From a virus (taxonomy: Duplodnaviria; Caudoviricetes): a stretch of DNA of 64,000 nt. Each line of letters begins with the position of its first letter. Position 1 is the first letter of the stretch. A model generated the notes under the pieces. It had not been told where the DNA came from. It saw only the letters and a program-made list of their open reading frames with translations, and did no database searches. Both the position numbers and the translations under genes were made by a program. Below, piece after piece: positions 25,670 through 36,537 of this stretch. The DNA is taken from positions 1-64,000 of the IMG/VR virus record IMGVR_UViG_3300029288_004207; one strand, given 5' to 3'.

Positions 25670-28600
25670 ATGGCCTTACCAGTTAATTTATTCGGTATTC
25701 CGATTAAACCTCCGCCTCCTACACCGCCTACACCGCCTACTACGCCTACGCCTGCACCTACTTATAGTCCAACACAGGTAGCTCAAAACATACAGCAGAA
25801 AGTACAACAAGCAGAAGCTACAGGTAAGACTTATGCGGAAGTAGCTAATGTTTCTCCTACACCGCCTACACCGCCCACTACGCCTACGCCTGCACCTACT
25901 TATAGTCCAACACAGGTAGCTCAAAACATACAGCAGAAAGTACAACAAGCAGAAGCTACAGGTAAGACTTATGCGGAAGTAGCTAATGTTTCTCCTACAC
26001 CGCCTACACCGCCTACTACGCCTACGCCTGCACCTACTTATAGTCCAACACAGGTAGCTCAAAACATACAGCAGAAAGTACAACAAGTGGAAGTAGCTAA
26101 TGTTAAGGTTGTTGAACCAAGTAATATTATATATGTTTTAAAAACAACCAATCCTGATAAATTTACAGTTCGTGTAGATAATGGGGATAATACCTACAAG
26201 CAAGTACAAATGAGCCGTCAAGAAATAATTGATGCTGGCGGGGAAATACCTGTTGTTGGCGAAGCGTGGAAAGAGATTAATAATCCGTTATCTAATAAAA
26301 TGTTTTCTACCCCCAATGCTATTACAGAAACAGATATTAATAACGCTTATAAAGAACTTGGGTTAGAAATACCTGATTTTATATCAGCACCTCGCAATAA
26401 AAAGAACATGATTCTTGATGGTGATAATGCTGGTATGTTGGATGGTTTCTTTGATGAAGATGGTATAGCCTTGTATGAACATCCTGGGCAGTTTAGTAAT
26501 GTAGAATCTGCTATAAAATATGAAAATACAATAAAAGACCCGATTGCTAAAGAAGCATGGGAAAATGCTTTTGTAGCTTATTGGGGTAAACTTCCTAGTG
26601 AAATAGTGTATACATTACCAAATGATAAGGAAAAAGCTATATCAGCTTTGGGTTATAAAAGTGTAGATGACCCTGAATTAGTTGCGTTATTAGAACGTTA
26701 TAAGAGCAATCCAGAAGCCGAAGAATTTAAAACAGAAGCTAACGGTGGTACAATGTCTATTGCTAAAAAAACATTGTTATCATTCTTGGCTGATGTTCCT
26801 TACGATGCCGTCAAAGATTACCAGAGTAGTATTATTAGAGTTGGAACAGATATAACTTCAGGGACATTCTCACAAATGGTAGCCAGTGAATATGCCCGTA
26901 AGCATAATATGTCATTTGCTGATGTTTCTCAAATGATTCGTGATGCGGTTAATGGTAAAGAAAACGCTAACGTAAATAAATTGAGTGCTTCGGAAAAAGA
27001 AGCATTTAATAATTTAGTTACTCGTTGGAGTGCAGGTGCAGATTATATTACAAAGACTGAAGCAGATAATATAAAAGAATTAGACCCTGAAGGGTATGAT
27101 TTATTACTCAAAAAAGGTTTAGATGCTTATCAATTAAGACAAGAAACGATTGCTAGTAGTTTTGAACCTTATGTACTCGCAACAGGCGCAGATGGTTCAA
27201 AACAATATGGTTTGATGAAGATGGTAGATGCTTATAACAAGAATGAGTTATCAAAAAAACAGATTGAGTTAATTTTAGGTAAAGATGCATTAGATAAAAT
27301 ATTAAAGATATCCGATGAAGTTAATAGCATTAAAAAAGATTTTGAATCACAAATAGTGGATACTCTGCCCCCAAATTTACAGGAGGATTATAGGAAAGGA
27401 TTATCTAAGAATAATTTAGATGAGTTCCAAGAGAATTATCTTAGTTATATAACCAGCCAACAAGAAAGATACCAGAAATATCAAGATGCTGTTGATACTT
27501 TAACCGAATTAGGTTATAAGAAAATAATACCATCTTATAGTCCAACACAGGTAGCTCAAAACATACAGCAGAAAGTACAACAAGCAGAAGCTACAGGTAA
27601 GACTTATGCGGAAGTAGCTAATGTTTCTCCTACACCGCCTACACCGCATAATTTAGGTAATGCGCCTATATCAACTCAAGAACAAGCAACTCAATTTGTT
27701 GAAGGCGGTGTCGTTTACTATGATATCCCCTCTTATCTAAGAGATACCAAGACTAAAGATTATAAAGTTAATCCTGTATCTGTATTGGTTTTAGAAAATC
27801 TTTTTGGCGGGGATAAAGAAGCGGCAAAACCAATCATAGATTCAGCACAAAAGCAACTTGATTATTTATCAACTACTATAAACCATCTGCAAAATGATAA
27901 GTTAGATAATGCGCAAGTTGAAGCTCTAAGAAAAGCATTAATAGGAGTTGTAGGGCAACCTTTTAATGCAGATGAAGCATGGTTCTTAAATGCAGATGAT
28001 TTAATGAAATTAAGGGCAGAAGCACCGGAATTACAAAGAGAATTAGATGATGCATTGGTTAAAACAAATGCAGAGCAATCATTAAAAGAGTTTTTAGGTA
28101 AATTATCGCAGGGTGATTTAGAAAAAGTTGCCGATATTTGGAGTTATGATGTAGAAAGATATAGCCCGTTTGCTCAAACAGTAACGGCTTATAATGAAGC
28201 AATAAATAAAACACCATTAGCTAAATGGGCAAAAATGCCAGTATACTTTACTCCAGTTGGTATGGGATTAGCTGCTACGGAATCTGTTGCCGGATTAGTT
28301 TCTCCATATACAATTTCTGATGAAGCTATAGTAAGACAAATTGATGATAACTATACTTATCTTAATTCAACGGATAAATTAGATGCTGAAGTAAATGATA
28401 TTTTAGCAAAAGCGTTAAAAGATAACGATATTAAAGTTGATGAAGAAAATGCTTTACAAACCTACAAAAGCCTTGATGATTCTCAAAAAACAAAGGTTAT
28501 AAAAGAATATACTCGTAATATGTTGGGATTAGACCCATCTGTTATGGATAAAATAATGACAGGTGCTATGGTTATAGCAGCAGCCATTGGTTTTAAAGGT

Positions 28601-31600
28601 CAAGTTTTAAACCCAATAGTTAGTAATATAATAAGTAAATACGGAATAAAAGCACCGGAATTTCTTAAGTCACTTAATAAACTCAGTGATTTGGGTTCAA
28701 GGGTACTCCATGTTCCGATTACAGGTTTATTCATAGCTGGCAGTGTTCCTACTATTACTAATCCAAAAGTAGCATTAGATGATAAGGTAATGGCTATTGT
28801 TTTTGATTTTATGATGTTGAGGGGATTAGGTGGTGGATTGATTGGGGCGACTAAAGTAGGGTTTAAAAGACCAACAACAGAAATTTCACCTAAAATACCA
28901 AGTATAGAAATGGCAGTTGACAAGGTAACAAGTAAAGTGGCAAGTCCTGAAGTATTAATAGATATAAGTTTAAGTGCTAGACGTTCTGCTAATCTACACG
29001 ATATAAGTTATAATTTTGGTGAAGCAGTAGCTTATATGAAAAATATTCCAACTGCTACTGTCAAAGCATTATCATTGGCTATTTTAAATACTACAGAGAC
29101 AATGAGTAGAGCAGGGCAGGTATTAAGACTTAATATGGCTAATATGACAGATGCCGTATTACGTAGTGTTTCCCAAACAATGTTGGAAGCATCTGAATCT
29201 TTAAATGCTTTATATACTGCTGTTAGAAATGGGACTATAACAGATGCTATGGCAAGAGAAATTTCCGGTAAATTATTACAAGCCAATGAATCTATAAATG
29301 ATGTAATTAATTCTGTTAAAACTGGCATATCAGAAACTTATGATGCTACTTTAAAGGGATTATCAAAGTCATTATTAGATACATCGGAAAATATAAACAG
29401 TATCATAAAATCCATCAAGGAAACTGGTGGGAAATTAACCGATGAAGCATTAAGTAATATTTCTAAAGGGTTATTAGACGCTGAAGAATGGATTGGTAAA
29501 ACATCAGAATTACTTAAAACAAAATATAGTGAATTAACCGATGAAGCAATTCGTAATTTATCGGAAGATTTACTTAATATCTCTGACAAGATAACGAGTG
29601 TAAAAGATTATATTGCCAAAGGTGAACTTACCGATGCTATGTTGCGTGGTTTATCCGAGCAATTATTAAAAGTATCGGATTCAAGTAATAGTGCATGGGA
29701 AGTAATTAAAACAAAGGTATCTGATGTAACAGATGCAACATTGCGTGGTGTTTCTGAAAAAATGCTGGAAACATCTGAATCGGTAGAAAATGCTATAAAG
29801 AGCGTTAAAGATACTGCTGGTAAATTTACGGATAATACTATTAAGGATTTATCTAAAGCATTACTTGATATCAGTGAGCTTGTAAATAAAACAATAGAAA
29901 ATGTAAATACCAAGTATAATCAAGTATCAGATGCAATATTAAAAGATGTCTCCTTACGTTTATTGGAAATATCTAATAAATTAAATGAAATTTATCAATC
30001 AGTGATAGATGGTACTATTACGGATGCTATGTTGCGTGGTTTATCCGAGCAATTAATGAGCGTATCGGATTTTACAAATGGGGCTTTAAATACTTTAAAA
30101 ACAAAATATGAAGCGATAACTGATAAATTATTACGTGATACATCAAAGCAATTACTTGAAGTATCTGATAATTTCAATAAGGTTATTACGGCGTTAAAGA
30201 AAGCACCATCGGATGCCAGAGATGGAATCTTACGCCAGATATCAGAACAGTCTTTAAAAGCTAATGAAGCGTTAACTAATACTGTAAATCATATAAAAAA
30301 TGCGGTAGGTAATGCTAACGATGCTGTAATATTGAAGTTATCTCAAGGATTATTGGATGCTTCAGAATCACTAACCAAGATGTATGATTATATTGCCAAA
30401 GGTGAACTTACAGATGATATATTAAGGAATACATCAAAGCAACTAATGAAAGTCAGCGATACCATCAATCAGTCTAGAGAAGTAGTCAAGGCATTAGCTC
30501 AAGGTGTTTGGGAATATACTACAGAGATATTACCAGAAAATATAAAGGCTGGCATACGAAGTCCTTATTATAAGGCTATAGATACTTTATCATCTGATAT
30601 ATCTGAAATATCCAGTGGATTTAAAGATGCTATGTCTGGTAAGCCTAAAGCAGACCATTGGGTAAGATTTGCACAAGAACGTAATAGGGCATTAGAAGAT
30701 AATATGGAAGCGGTAGCAGGGGTTACTACTCAACAAGCTAAAAAAGATTTAGAAGAAACACCTGAATATGATATAGATGAATCACGCTGGCAACTAACTG
30801 GTATTATACCTAAGACATATAGAGCGATAGAAGCACGTATCAGTCCGAGAACATCTGCCGGACATGTTTATGCTTTAACGGCAGATGTAGGACGTGAAAA
30901 TATTCCTAAAGGAATGTCTCAACTTACTGCTAGACAGTTAACGCAGGATGTTGAACAAGCACAACTTACTTCCAAAATACCTGCAAATAGAGTTCGTGCG
31001 TTAGAAGGTACAGGATTACAAGAAGATGGAACTATTGAGGTTAATAAATTGCCTAATGGCACAATAGATGTTGTATTCAAAACTCGTGATGGTGATGTTT
31101 GGGGAAGGGTTTCAGGTATGCAAAGAGTGCTAGGAGATGTGCTTTACAATGGTACAGCTAATGGCAATGTGATATTGGCGCAGATACTTAAAAATGGAAT
31201 AGAGAAAACTTATAAAACAGCAACACCACAAGAAAAGGTATTATTAGATAATTTAATGAAAAATGGTGCAGATGAAATAGCATTTAGTTATGACCCCAAT
31301 GCTTATGATAGTGTGCTTAAAAAATTTATTAACAATCCTGAATATAAGGATATTCTTAAAAAAGTAAATGATAATGCTTATCATGAAGTAAGAGATTATT
31401 ATGTTAATACAGCAGGGGAGAAAGTTCCAGTATCACGAGCATTTGAATGGGAAAGCCAGCAAATAGCTCAAGCGTTTACTGCCAGAGGGCATGGAGACCC
31501 AGTAGTTGCACCGATGGTATTTGCTACTAGAACAACACCTAAAGATTTTCTAGAAACCATGCCGGATAAACCATTGGATAATCGTGCTAATGCCATGAGA

Positions 31601-34600
31601 AAAGCATTTGAGGAAATGAATAAAAGTGGTTTATTAGATAAAGATAAAATATATAACATATTTAAAGTTTATCAAGGGCAAGTAGAATATGAACTTGTTA
31701 AACCATTAGGATTTGAAACATCTGTAGCCAAGCCAACATCTTATGCTGGTGGAGAAAATGCTTTATTCCCTAGTACATTTGTAACGAGTATGTTTGATTA
31801 TCATGGACTTGGGCATCAAATAAGAACTGGTGATAAGATACCTATTATATGGATGACGACTAAAAATGCCAAAGAATCAGGGTTGGGTGTCCCGACCAGA
31901 GGGGAAATATATCTTGGTAAGATATTAGGTGATTTAACTTTAGCCAGACAGAGATTGCCTTGGAATTGGAGATTTAGGGAAGAAGATAAATATTCTGAAG
32001 ATGATGTAACTGTTAATAATCCTTTAATGTCTGGAATAAAACAGATTACATTAAAAGCTCGCCCTGAAGATGCTGAAGCAGGGCGTGTTAGTGCAATCAT
32101 AAGAGATAATAATGGTAGAGTATTACTTGTAAAGACTAAGGGTGGAAGTACTTATGATTTGCCTGGTGGTGGAGTTAATAAACGTGGTATCGGTGGAATA
32201 ATAAAAGAACATCCTGATAATGCTATGAAAGCAGAAATATGGGAAGAACTTGGTTTAAATACTGATAAGTTAAATTATATAGGCACGATAGAAAGTAGAT
32301 TTACTAATAAAAGTCCAAAAGAAAACTTTCGTATCTATGAAGCTGATGTTTCAGGTAAAATAAAAGATGCTGGTGTTGAAGTAGCAGATTATATTTGGTG
32401 GGATGGGAAAAAGGATGTTAAATTATCAGAATTTACCAAAGAAGCGTTACAAAGGGCAAGTGAACGTGCTACTGAAATAGATGAATTAGTAGCTAAAGAT
32501 GTTTATACTAATATAGCTGATACATTGATGAAAAAATATGGTAAGTCTAAAGCACCTGATTGGGATAGTATTTACGAAAAAATTAGAAATAAGAATCATA
32601 TAGTATTTGATTTAGATAAGACTTTGGTTGACAGTAACGGTAAATTATTGAAGGGGGCAAAAGAGTTTGTAGATAGACTTAAAAAAGAAGGCAAGCAAGT
32701 ATCACTATGGACACATTCTACAAGTGAAAGAGCAAATCGTATATTAGATAGAGCAGGATTATCTAACTATTTTGATAATGTTGTTACTCGTGAGCAATAT
32801 GAACCTACGGGTAAAAACCCCAATGCTTTTAAAGATATTAATAAAATAAAAGGTGATGTGCTTGTTGATGATAGATTTGAAGGGTTTATAAAAGAAGCCG
32901 ATATAGTTAATGAAATAAAACAAAAAGTTGATAGTGGTGAAACACAAAAAGAAATAAACAATAATGAAAAACGCATAAATGAAATTCTTGAAGAACTGAA
33001 TAAAACAACAGAACAAAAAAGAAAACAACAGTTAATGGAAGAACTTGACCAACTTAACATAGATAATATTATAACTAAAAAAGAAGCTGATATAGCCAAA
33101 GACATAGATAATATAAAACAGGAAGCAAAGGAAAAAGGTATCAATGAAGATGAATTAATACGTGATAAACTAATGGATAGAGTAATAGAGGATATTGACC
33201 CCTATAGGGATGCTCGCAGAGAATTACGCTATCGCAGAGAAAAATATCCAGAGCAAGAACTAATATTAGCAGAAAGAGATAGATTACCTATAGAGACTGA
33301 TGAATCAAGGAAGTTGCTTGATTATGGCTTAGAAGATTATACAAAAAGTTCTGATGAAGATATGGAATCATTCGCCAAGTCTTTTGATGAAAGAGAACTT
33401 GGATTAAAAGAAAAAAGAGAAGAACCTGTTTTAAAAATAACCAAAGAAGAAGAACCAGTTACCACAGAGCCAGAGGAAGAAATAACACCAACAGAATTAG
33501 AAGAGGAAAAAATACCTCCACAAAAACCTGAAGAAGAAATTATACCACCGCCACCAGAGAAAGAAATTATACCACCGCCACCAGAGAAAGAAATTATACC
33601 ACCGCCACCATTCAAAGGTTTTATTAAGGCGAGAGATAGTAGTGGTAAGGAAGTTGACCTTGAAATAAAACCTGGAAGTGTTGTTTGGATACAAGGTCGT
33701 CCAAAAGCTAAAGGTAGTGGTAATGCACCAATGTATAAAATTTCATTACCACCTTACACCGATGAAACCTTGTATACATCAAGGGAAAATCCCCCTGGCT
33801 ATAAAGATATGGGATGGGAAGGTAAAGGAAGTGCTAGAGCATCTATTCAATGTTTTCCTAAAGGAACAAAGATACTTATTAGGCAAAAGAGACTAAATAA
33901 TAATCAATATAACAGAAAAAGTAGTTACTCTTATGTTCCTAGTGATATGGCTATAGATAAAATAAAAATTGGTGATTATGCATTATCTTATAATGAAAAA
34001 ACTGGTGAAAAGGAATTTAAAGAAATTAAGAATATTTTTAAAAGACAAACTGACAAATTTGTAAAGATATATCTTTTTAATGGTAATGAAATAATTTGTA
34101 CACCTGAACATCCAATAGCAATTAATGTAAAAGGAAAGATAGAATGGATAGAAGCCAAAGAATTGCAAAATGGTTATGAGATATTACAATATCAATACTC
34201 AGGTTTATATATGAGATTAAGTCAGATACCTAATAAGGGTAAAACATTAGAGGAAATATATGGTGAAGAAAAAGGAAAGGAAATAAAAAGGAAAATATCG
34301 GAACATCACTCTAGGCACAATCTAGGACGTATCTTCAGTGAAGAACATAGAAGGCGGATTGGTGAAAAATCTCGTGGTAGACAATTTACCCTTGAATCAC
34401 GTGCAAAAATGAGTCATAGCAATAAAATAAGATGGGATAAAGATAATGGTAAGGAAAGAAAAGAAAGAAGCGAGATTTTTAAAGCTAAGTGGAGGGACTT
34501 AAAATATTCTCAAGCAACATTACTTAAAATGGGTGTAAAGTTTAATAAACATGAACAGTTACTTTCATTAATACTAGACCATATATGCCCTAAAGAATTT

Positions 34601-35497
34601 AAATATAATGGCGATGGTAACTTAGGATTATCGTTTGATGGAATACATCCAGATTTTGTAAATGTGAATGGTAAGAAAAAAGTTATAGAAGTATTTGCCG
34701 AACATTGGAAAGTAGTAAAATATGGAAGTGTAGAAAATTATATAAAATTAAGGAGTGAAAGATTTAAAAATATAGGTTATCAGTCGTTATTTATAAAAAA
34801 TAAAGAATTTAATGATTTAGAAACATTGCAACATAAAATTATGAATTTTGTCTATAATCCTAAAACAGAATTAGTAAAAGTAGTAAAGATAGAAACTATA
34901 TATAAAGAATTACAAGATGTTTATAATTTAGAGGTACAAGATAATAATAATTATTTTGTATATGGGATATTAGTACATAATTGTGTTGGCGGGAATCCGC
35001 CTACTGATATAGAGAATCTTGACTTGGGGTTCGTGAAGATAAATATCCGATTCGCAAGTGGTGAACCTCTGATAGAGTTTGTCCAAGATGAAGATGCCAA
35101 TGCTGGACAAAAATCTCAAACAATCGGCATGGGTAGAGGTCAAATACCTGTAGAAGATTGGCAGGAAGCAAAAGATAGAGGGGTAAAATATAAGGATTTT
35201 ATTAAGCAGTATCGTAGTGGAACAAAATCAGCCCCACAATCTTTAATAGAAGAAATAGGAATAGCTGAAGAAAAACCTAGAGATAAAATGCAAGAACTTG
35301 CTAGACTTATTATTCAAGCGAGTGATGAAGAAAAACAGGCACAAGAAGAAGAAAGCCAAAGATTTTTAGAAGAAGCCAAAAAACCAGCTAAAAATTGGTG
35401 GGATGAACCTATGTATGAAAATATTGGTCAAACAAGTAATGCGAGATATTATAGGGGAAGAAGGATACCATCAGCTAATATAGAGGTAGATATTTAG
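25670..35497 (+). CDS. 3275-aa multidomain protein: P/T repeats, 33-aa helical repeats, NUDIX, HAD-like, Pro-rich linker, intein
   Basis: NUDIX box YDLPGGGVN...AEIWEELGL; HAD IVFDLDKTLVD...VLVDD; repeats read directly. Confidence 0.9.
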   Translation: MALPVNLFGIPIKPPPPTPPTPPTTPTPAPTYSPTQVAQNIQQKVQQAEATGKTYAEVANVSPTPPTPPTTPTPAPTYSPTQVAQNIQQKVQQAEATGKTYAEVANVSPTPPTPPTTPTPAPTYSPTQVAQNIQQKVQQVEVANVKVVEPSNIIYVLKTTNPDKFTVRVDNGDNTYKQVQMSRQEIIDAGGEIPVVGEAWKEINNPLSNKMFSTPNAITETDINNAYKELGLEIPDFISAPRNKKNMILDGDNAGMLDGFFDEDGIALYEHPGQFSNVESAIKYENTIKDPIAKEAWENAFVAYWGKLPSEIVYTLPNDKEKAISALGYKSVDDPELVALLERYKSNPEAEEFKTEANGGTMSIAKKTLLSFLADVPYDAVKDYQSSIIRVGTDITSGTFSQMVASEYARKHNMSFADVSQMIRDAVNGKENANVNKLSASEKEAFNNLVTRWSAGADYITKTEADNIKELDPEGYDLLLKKGLDAYQLRQETIASSFEPYVLATGADGSKQYGLMKMVDAYNKNELSKKQIELILGKDALDKILKISDEVNSIKKDFESQIVDTLPPNLQEDYRKGLSKNNLDEFQENYLSYITSQQERYQKYQDAVDTLTELGYKKIIPSYSPTQVAQNIQQKVQQAEATGKTYAEVANVSPTPPTPHNLGNAPISTQEQATQFVEGGVVYYDIPSYLRDTKTKDYKVNPVSVLVLENLFGGDKEAAKPIIDSAQKQLDYLSTTINHLQNDKLDNAQVEALRKALIGVVGQPFNADEAWFLNADDLMKLRAEAPELQRELDDALVKTNAEQSLKEFLGKLSQGDLEKVADIWSYDVERYSPFAQTVTAYNEAINKTPLAKWAKMPVYFTPVGMGLAATESVAGLVSPYTISDEAIVRQIDDNYTYLNSTDKLDAEVNDILAKALKDNDIKVDEENALQTYKSLDDSQKTKVIKEYTRNMLGLDPSVMDKIMTGAMVIAAAIGFKGQVLNPIVSNIISKYGIKAPEFLKSLNKLSDLGSRVLHVPITGLFIAGSVPTITNPKVALDDKVMAIVFDFMMLRGLGGGLIGATKVGFKRPTTEISPKIPSIEMAVDKVTSKVASPEVLIDISLSARRSANLHDISYNFGEAVAYMKNIPTATVKALSLAILNTTETMSRAGQVLRLNMANMTDAVLRSVSQTMLEASESLNALYTAVRNGTITDAMAREISGKLLQANESINDVINSVKTGISETYDATLKGLSKSLLDTSENINSIIKSIKETGGKLTDEALSNISKGLLDAEEWIGKTSELLKTKYSELTDEAIRNLSEDLLNISDKITSVKDYIAKGELTDAMLRGLSEQLLKVSDSSNSAWEVIKTKVSDVTDATLRGVSEKMLETSESVENAIKSVKDTAGKFTDNTIKDLSKALLDISELVNKTIENVNTKYNQVSDAILKDVSLRLLEISNKLNEIYQSVIDGTITDAMLRGLSEQLMSVSDFTNGALNTLKTKYEAITDKLLRDTSKQLLEVSDNFNKVITALKKAPSDARDGILRQISEQSLKANEALTNTVNHIKNAVGNANDAVILKLSQGLLDASESLTKMYDYIAKGELTDDILRNTSKQLMKVSDTINQSREVVKALAQGVWEYTTEILPENIKAGIRSPYYKAIDTLSSDISEISSGFKDAMSGKPKADHWVRFAQERNRALEDNMEAVAGVTTQQAKKDLEETPEYDIDESRWQLTGIIPKTYRAIEARISPRTSAGHVYALTADVGRENIPKGMSQLTARQLTQDVEQAQLTSKIPANRVRALEGTGLQEDGTIEVNKLPNGTIDVVFKTRDGDVWGRVSGMQRVLGDVLYNGTANGNVILAQILKNGIEKTYKTATPQEKVLLDNLMKNGADEIAFSYDPNAYDSVLKKFINNPEYKDILKKVNDNAYHEVRDYYVNTAGEKVPVSRAFEWESQQIAQAFTARGHGDPVVAPMVFATRTTPKDFLETMPDKPLDNRANAMRKAFEEMNKSGLLDKDKIYNIFKVYQGQVEYELVKPLGFETSVAKPTSYAGGENALFPSTFVTSMFDYHGLGHQIRTGDKIPIIWMTTKNAKESGLGVPTRGEIYLGKILGDLTLARQRLPWNWRFREEDKYSEDDVTVNNPLMSGIKQITLKARPEDAEAGRVSAIIRDNNGRVLLVKTKGGSTYDLPGGGVNKRGIGGIIKEHPDNAMKAEIWEELGLNTDKLNYIGTIESRFTNKSPKENFRIYEADVSGKIKDAGVEVADYIWWDGKKDVKLSEFTKEALQRASERATEIDELVAKDVYTNIADTLMKKYGKSKAPDWDSIYEKIRNKNHIVFDLDKTLVDSNGKLLKGAKEFVDRLKKEGKQVSLWTHSTSERANRILDRAGLSNYFDNVVTREQYEPTGKNPNAFKDINKIKGDVLVDDRFEGFIKEADIVNEIKQKVDSGETQKEINNNEKRINEILEELNKTTEQKRKQQLMEELDQLNIDNIITKKEADIAKDIDNIKQEAKEKGINEDELIRDKLMDRVIEDIDPYRDARRELRYRREKYPEQELILAERDRLPIETDESRKLLDYGLEDYTKSSDEDMESFAKSFDERELGLKEKREEPVLKITKEEEPVTTEPEEEITPTELEEEKIPPQKPEEEIIPPPPEKEIIPPPPEKEIIPPPPFKGFIKARDSSGKEVDLEIKPGSVVWIQGRPKAKGSGNAPMYKISLPPYTDETLYTSRENPPGYKDMGWEGKGSARASIQCFPKGTKILIRQKRLNNNQYNRKSSYSYVPSDMAIDKIKIGDYALSYNEKTGEKEFKEIKNIFKRQTDKFVKIYLFNGNEIICTPEHPIAINVKGKIEWIEAKELQNGYEILQYQYSGLYMRLSQIPNKGKTLEEIYGEEKGKEIKRKISEHHSRHNLGRIFSEEHRRRIGEKSRGRQFTLESRAKMSHSNKIRWDKDNGKERKERSEIFKAKWRDLKYSQATLLKMGVKFNKHEQLLSLILDHICPKEFKYNGDGNLGLSFDGIHPDFVNVNGKKKVIEVFAEHWKVVKYGSVENYIKLRSERFKNIGYQSLFIKNKEFNDLETLQHKIMNFVYNPKTELVKVVKIETIYKELQDVYNLEVQDNNNYFVYGILVHNCVGGNPPTDIENLDLGFVKINIRFASGEPLIEFVQDEDANAGQKSQTIGMGRGQIPVEDWQEAKDRGVKYKDFIKQYRSGTKSAPQSLIEEIGIAEEKPRDKMQELARLIIQASDEEKQAQEEESQRFLEEAKKPAKNWWDEPMYENIGQTSNARYYRGRRIPSANIEVDI
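25718..26088 (+). repeat. 138-bp (46-aa) tandem repeat, about 2.7 copies; further partial copy at 27534-27647
   Basis: Unit starts at 25718, 25856, 25994. Confidence 0.95.
33851..34981 (+). mobile_element. Intein (377 aa) with NUMOD3 and endonuclease-like insert
   Basis: N-term CFPKGTKI, block B CTPEHP, C-term VYNLEVQDNNNYFVYGILVHN followed by +1 Cys. Confidence 0.95.
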
Positions 35498-36537
35498 TGA
35501 AAGAAATTACAAATAAAATATTAAGAGTGATAATCTCTACGTTTTTAGCGTTGGGGTTTGTTTTTATGTCACATACTCCCGTATTGGCAATATCAAATCC
35601 TGATACTATAGCGTTTGGTAGTAGTACCACATATTATAAGATATTTTATAATGTACTAGAAAATGATGATTGGCTTATTGTGGCAGAAGGATATGTGTAT
35701 TATGCCGTTCCACCAACTGATTATTCGGCAAGTGAGGCTTTTACTTTTGAACTTCTTTCTGCTGATGGACTAACAACTTATGCTGCAACTCCATTACAAT
35801 CTTACGGTGATAGACCTATAGGAATTTATCTTTCGGCTAACCAAACTGCTACATTAGGATTAACAATAGGTAGTGGCTATAAAGTGCGTATTATGGGCAA
35901 CCCGCTTATATTTGCTTCACCGACAGGCAGTAGTGTTGATGCCACTTTAGGTTCTTCTAGTTATATAGACCAATTGTTAGGTGATGATGGAGGTATTCCT
36001 ACAAGTAATCCTTTAAGAAATGGGATGATAACTGTAGCGCAGAATATGGAAGCAAATGATATTCCTATTGATTCCTATCTTGTTACAGTACAAGGTTATC
36101 AGTATTTATCGGTTGGCGGGGCTGATTTATTCTTAGAAGGGATACCTAGTTTGTCATTGATGTGTCCGATATTATTTTCTACTGGTATAGATGTTATAGA
36201 ATCTGATGCTTCTGAATATACTGGTGCTTATGAACAAACTCTTAATCCATTACAAAAATGGGGTACTACGGTATCAAATGGATTAACTGCATTAGGCTCT
36301 TTTATGGGGATAAATCAAGCATTGGCTGGTAGTGTTGTATTATTCGTTATAGTTATTATGTTTGCTGTTTTTATTTATTCCAAAACAGAGAGTGGTATTA
36401 CGGTATTGCTAATGGTTTCTGCAACGCCATTTTTAGGTGCATATTTAGGATTGATGCCGATGGCATTAGCTTTTATATTTGTTATTATTATAGTAACATT
36501 ATTGGGGTACTTCTTTTTCTCCAGAGGTGCTTTATGA
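35497..36537 (+). CDS. Signal peptide plus C-terminal multi-TM protein, putative virion protein
   Basis: GTG start; N-terminal signal; three C-terminal hydrophobic helices. Confidence 0.8.
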   Translation: MKEITNKILRVIISTFLALGFVFMSHTPVLAISNPDTIAFGSSTTYYKIFYNVLENDDWLIVAEGYVYYAVPPTDYSASEAFTFELLSADGLTTYAATPLQSYGDRPIGIYLSANQTATLGLTIGSGYKVRIMGNPLIFASPTGSSVDATLGSSSYIDQLLGDDGGIPTSNPLRNGMITVAQNMEANDIPIDSYLVTVQGYQYLSVGGADLFLEGIPSLSLMCPILFSTGIDVIESDASEYTGAYEQTLNPLQKWGTTVSNGLTALGSFMGINQALAGSVVLFVIVIMFAVFIYSKTESGITVLLMVSATPFLGAYLGLMPMALAFIFVIIIVTLLGYFFFSRGAL

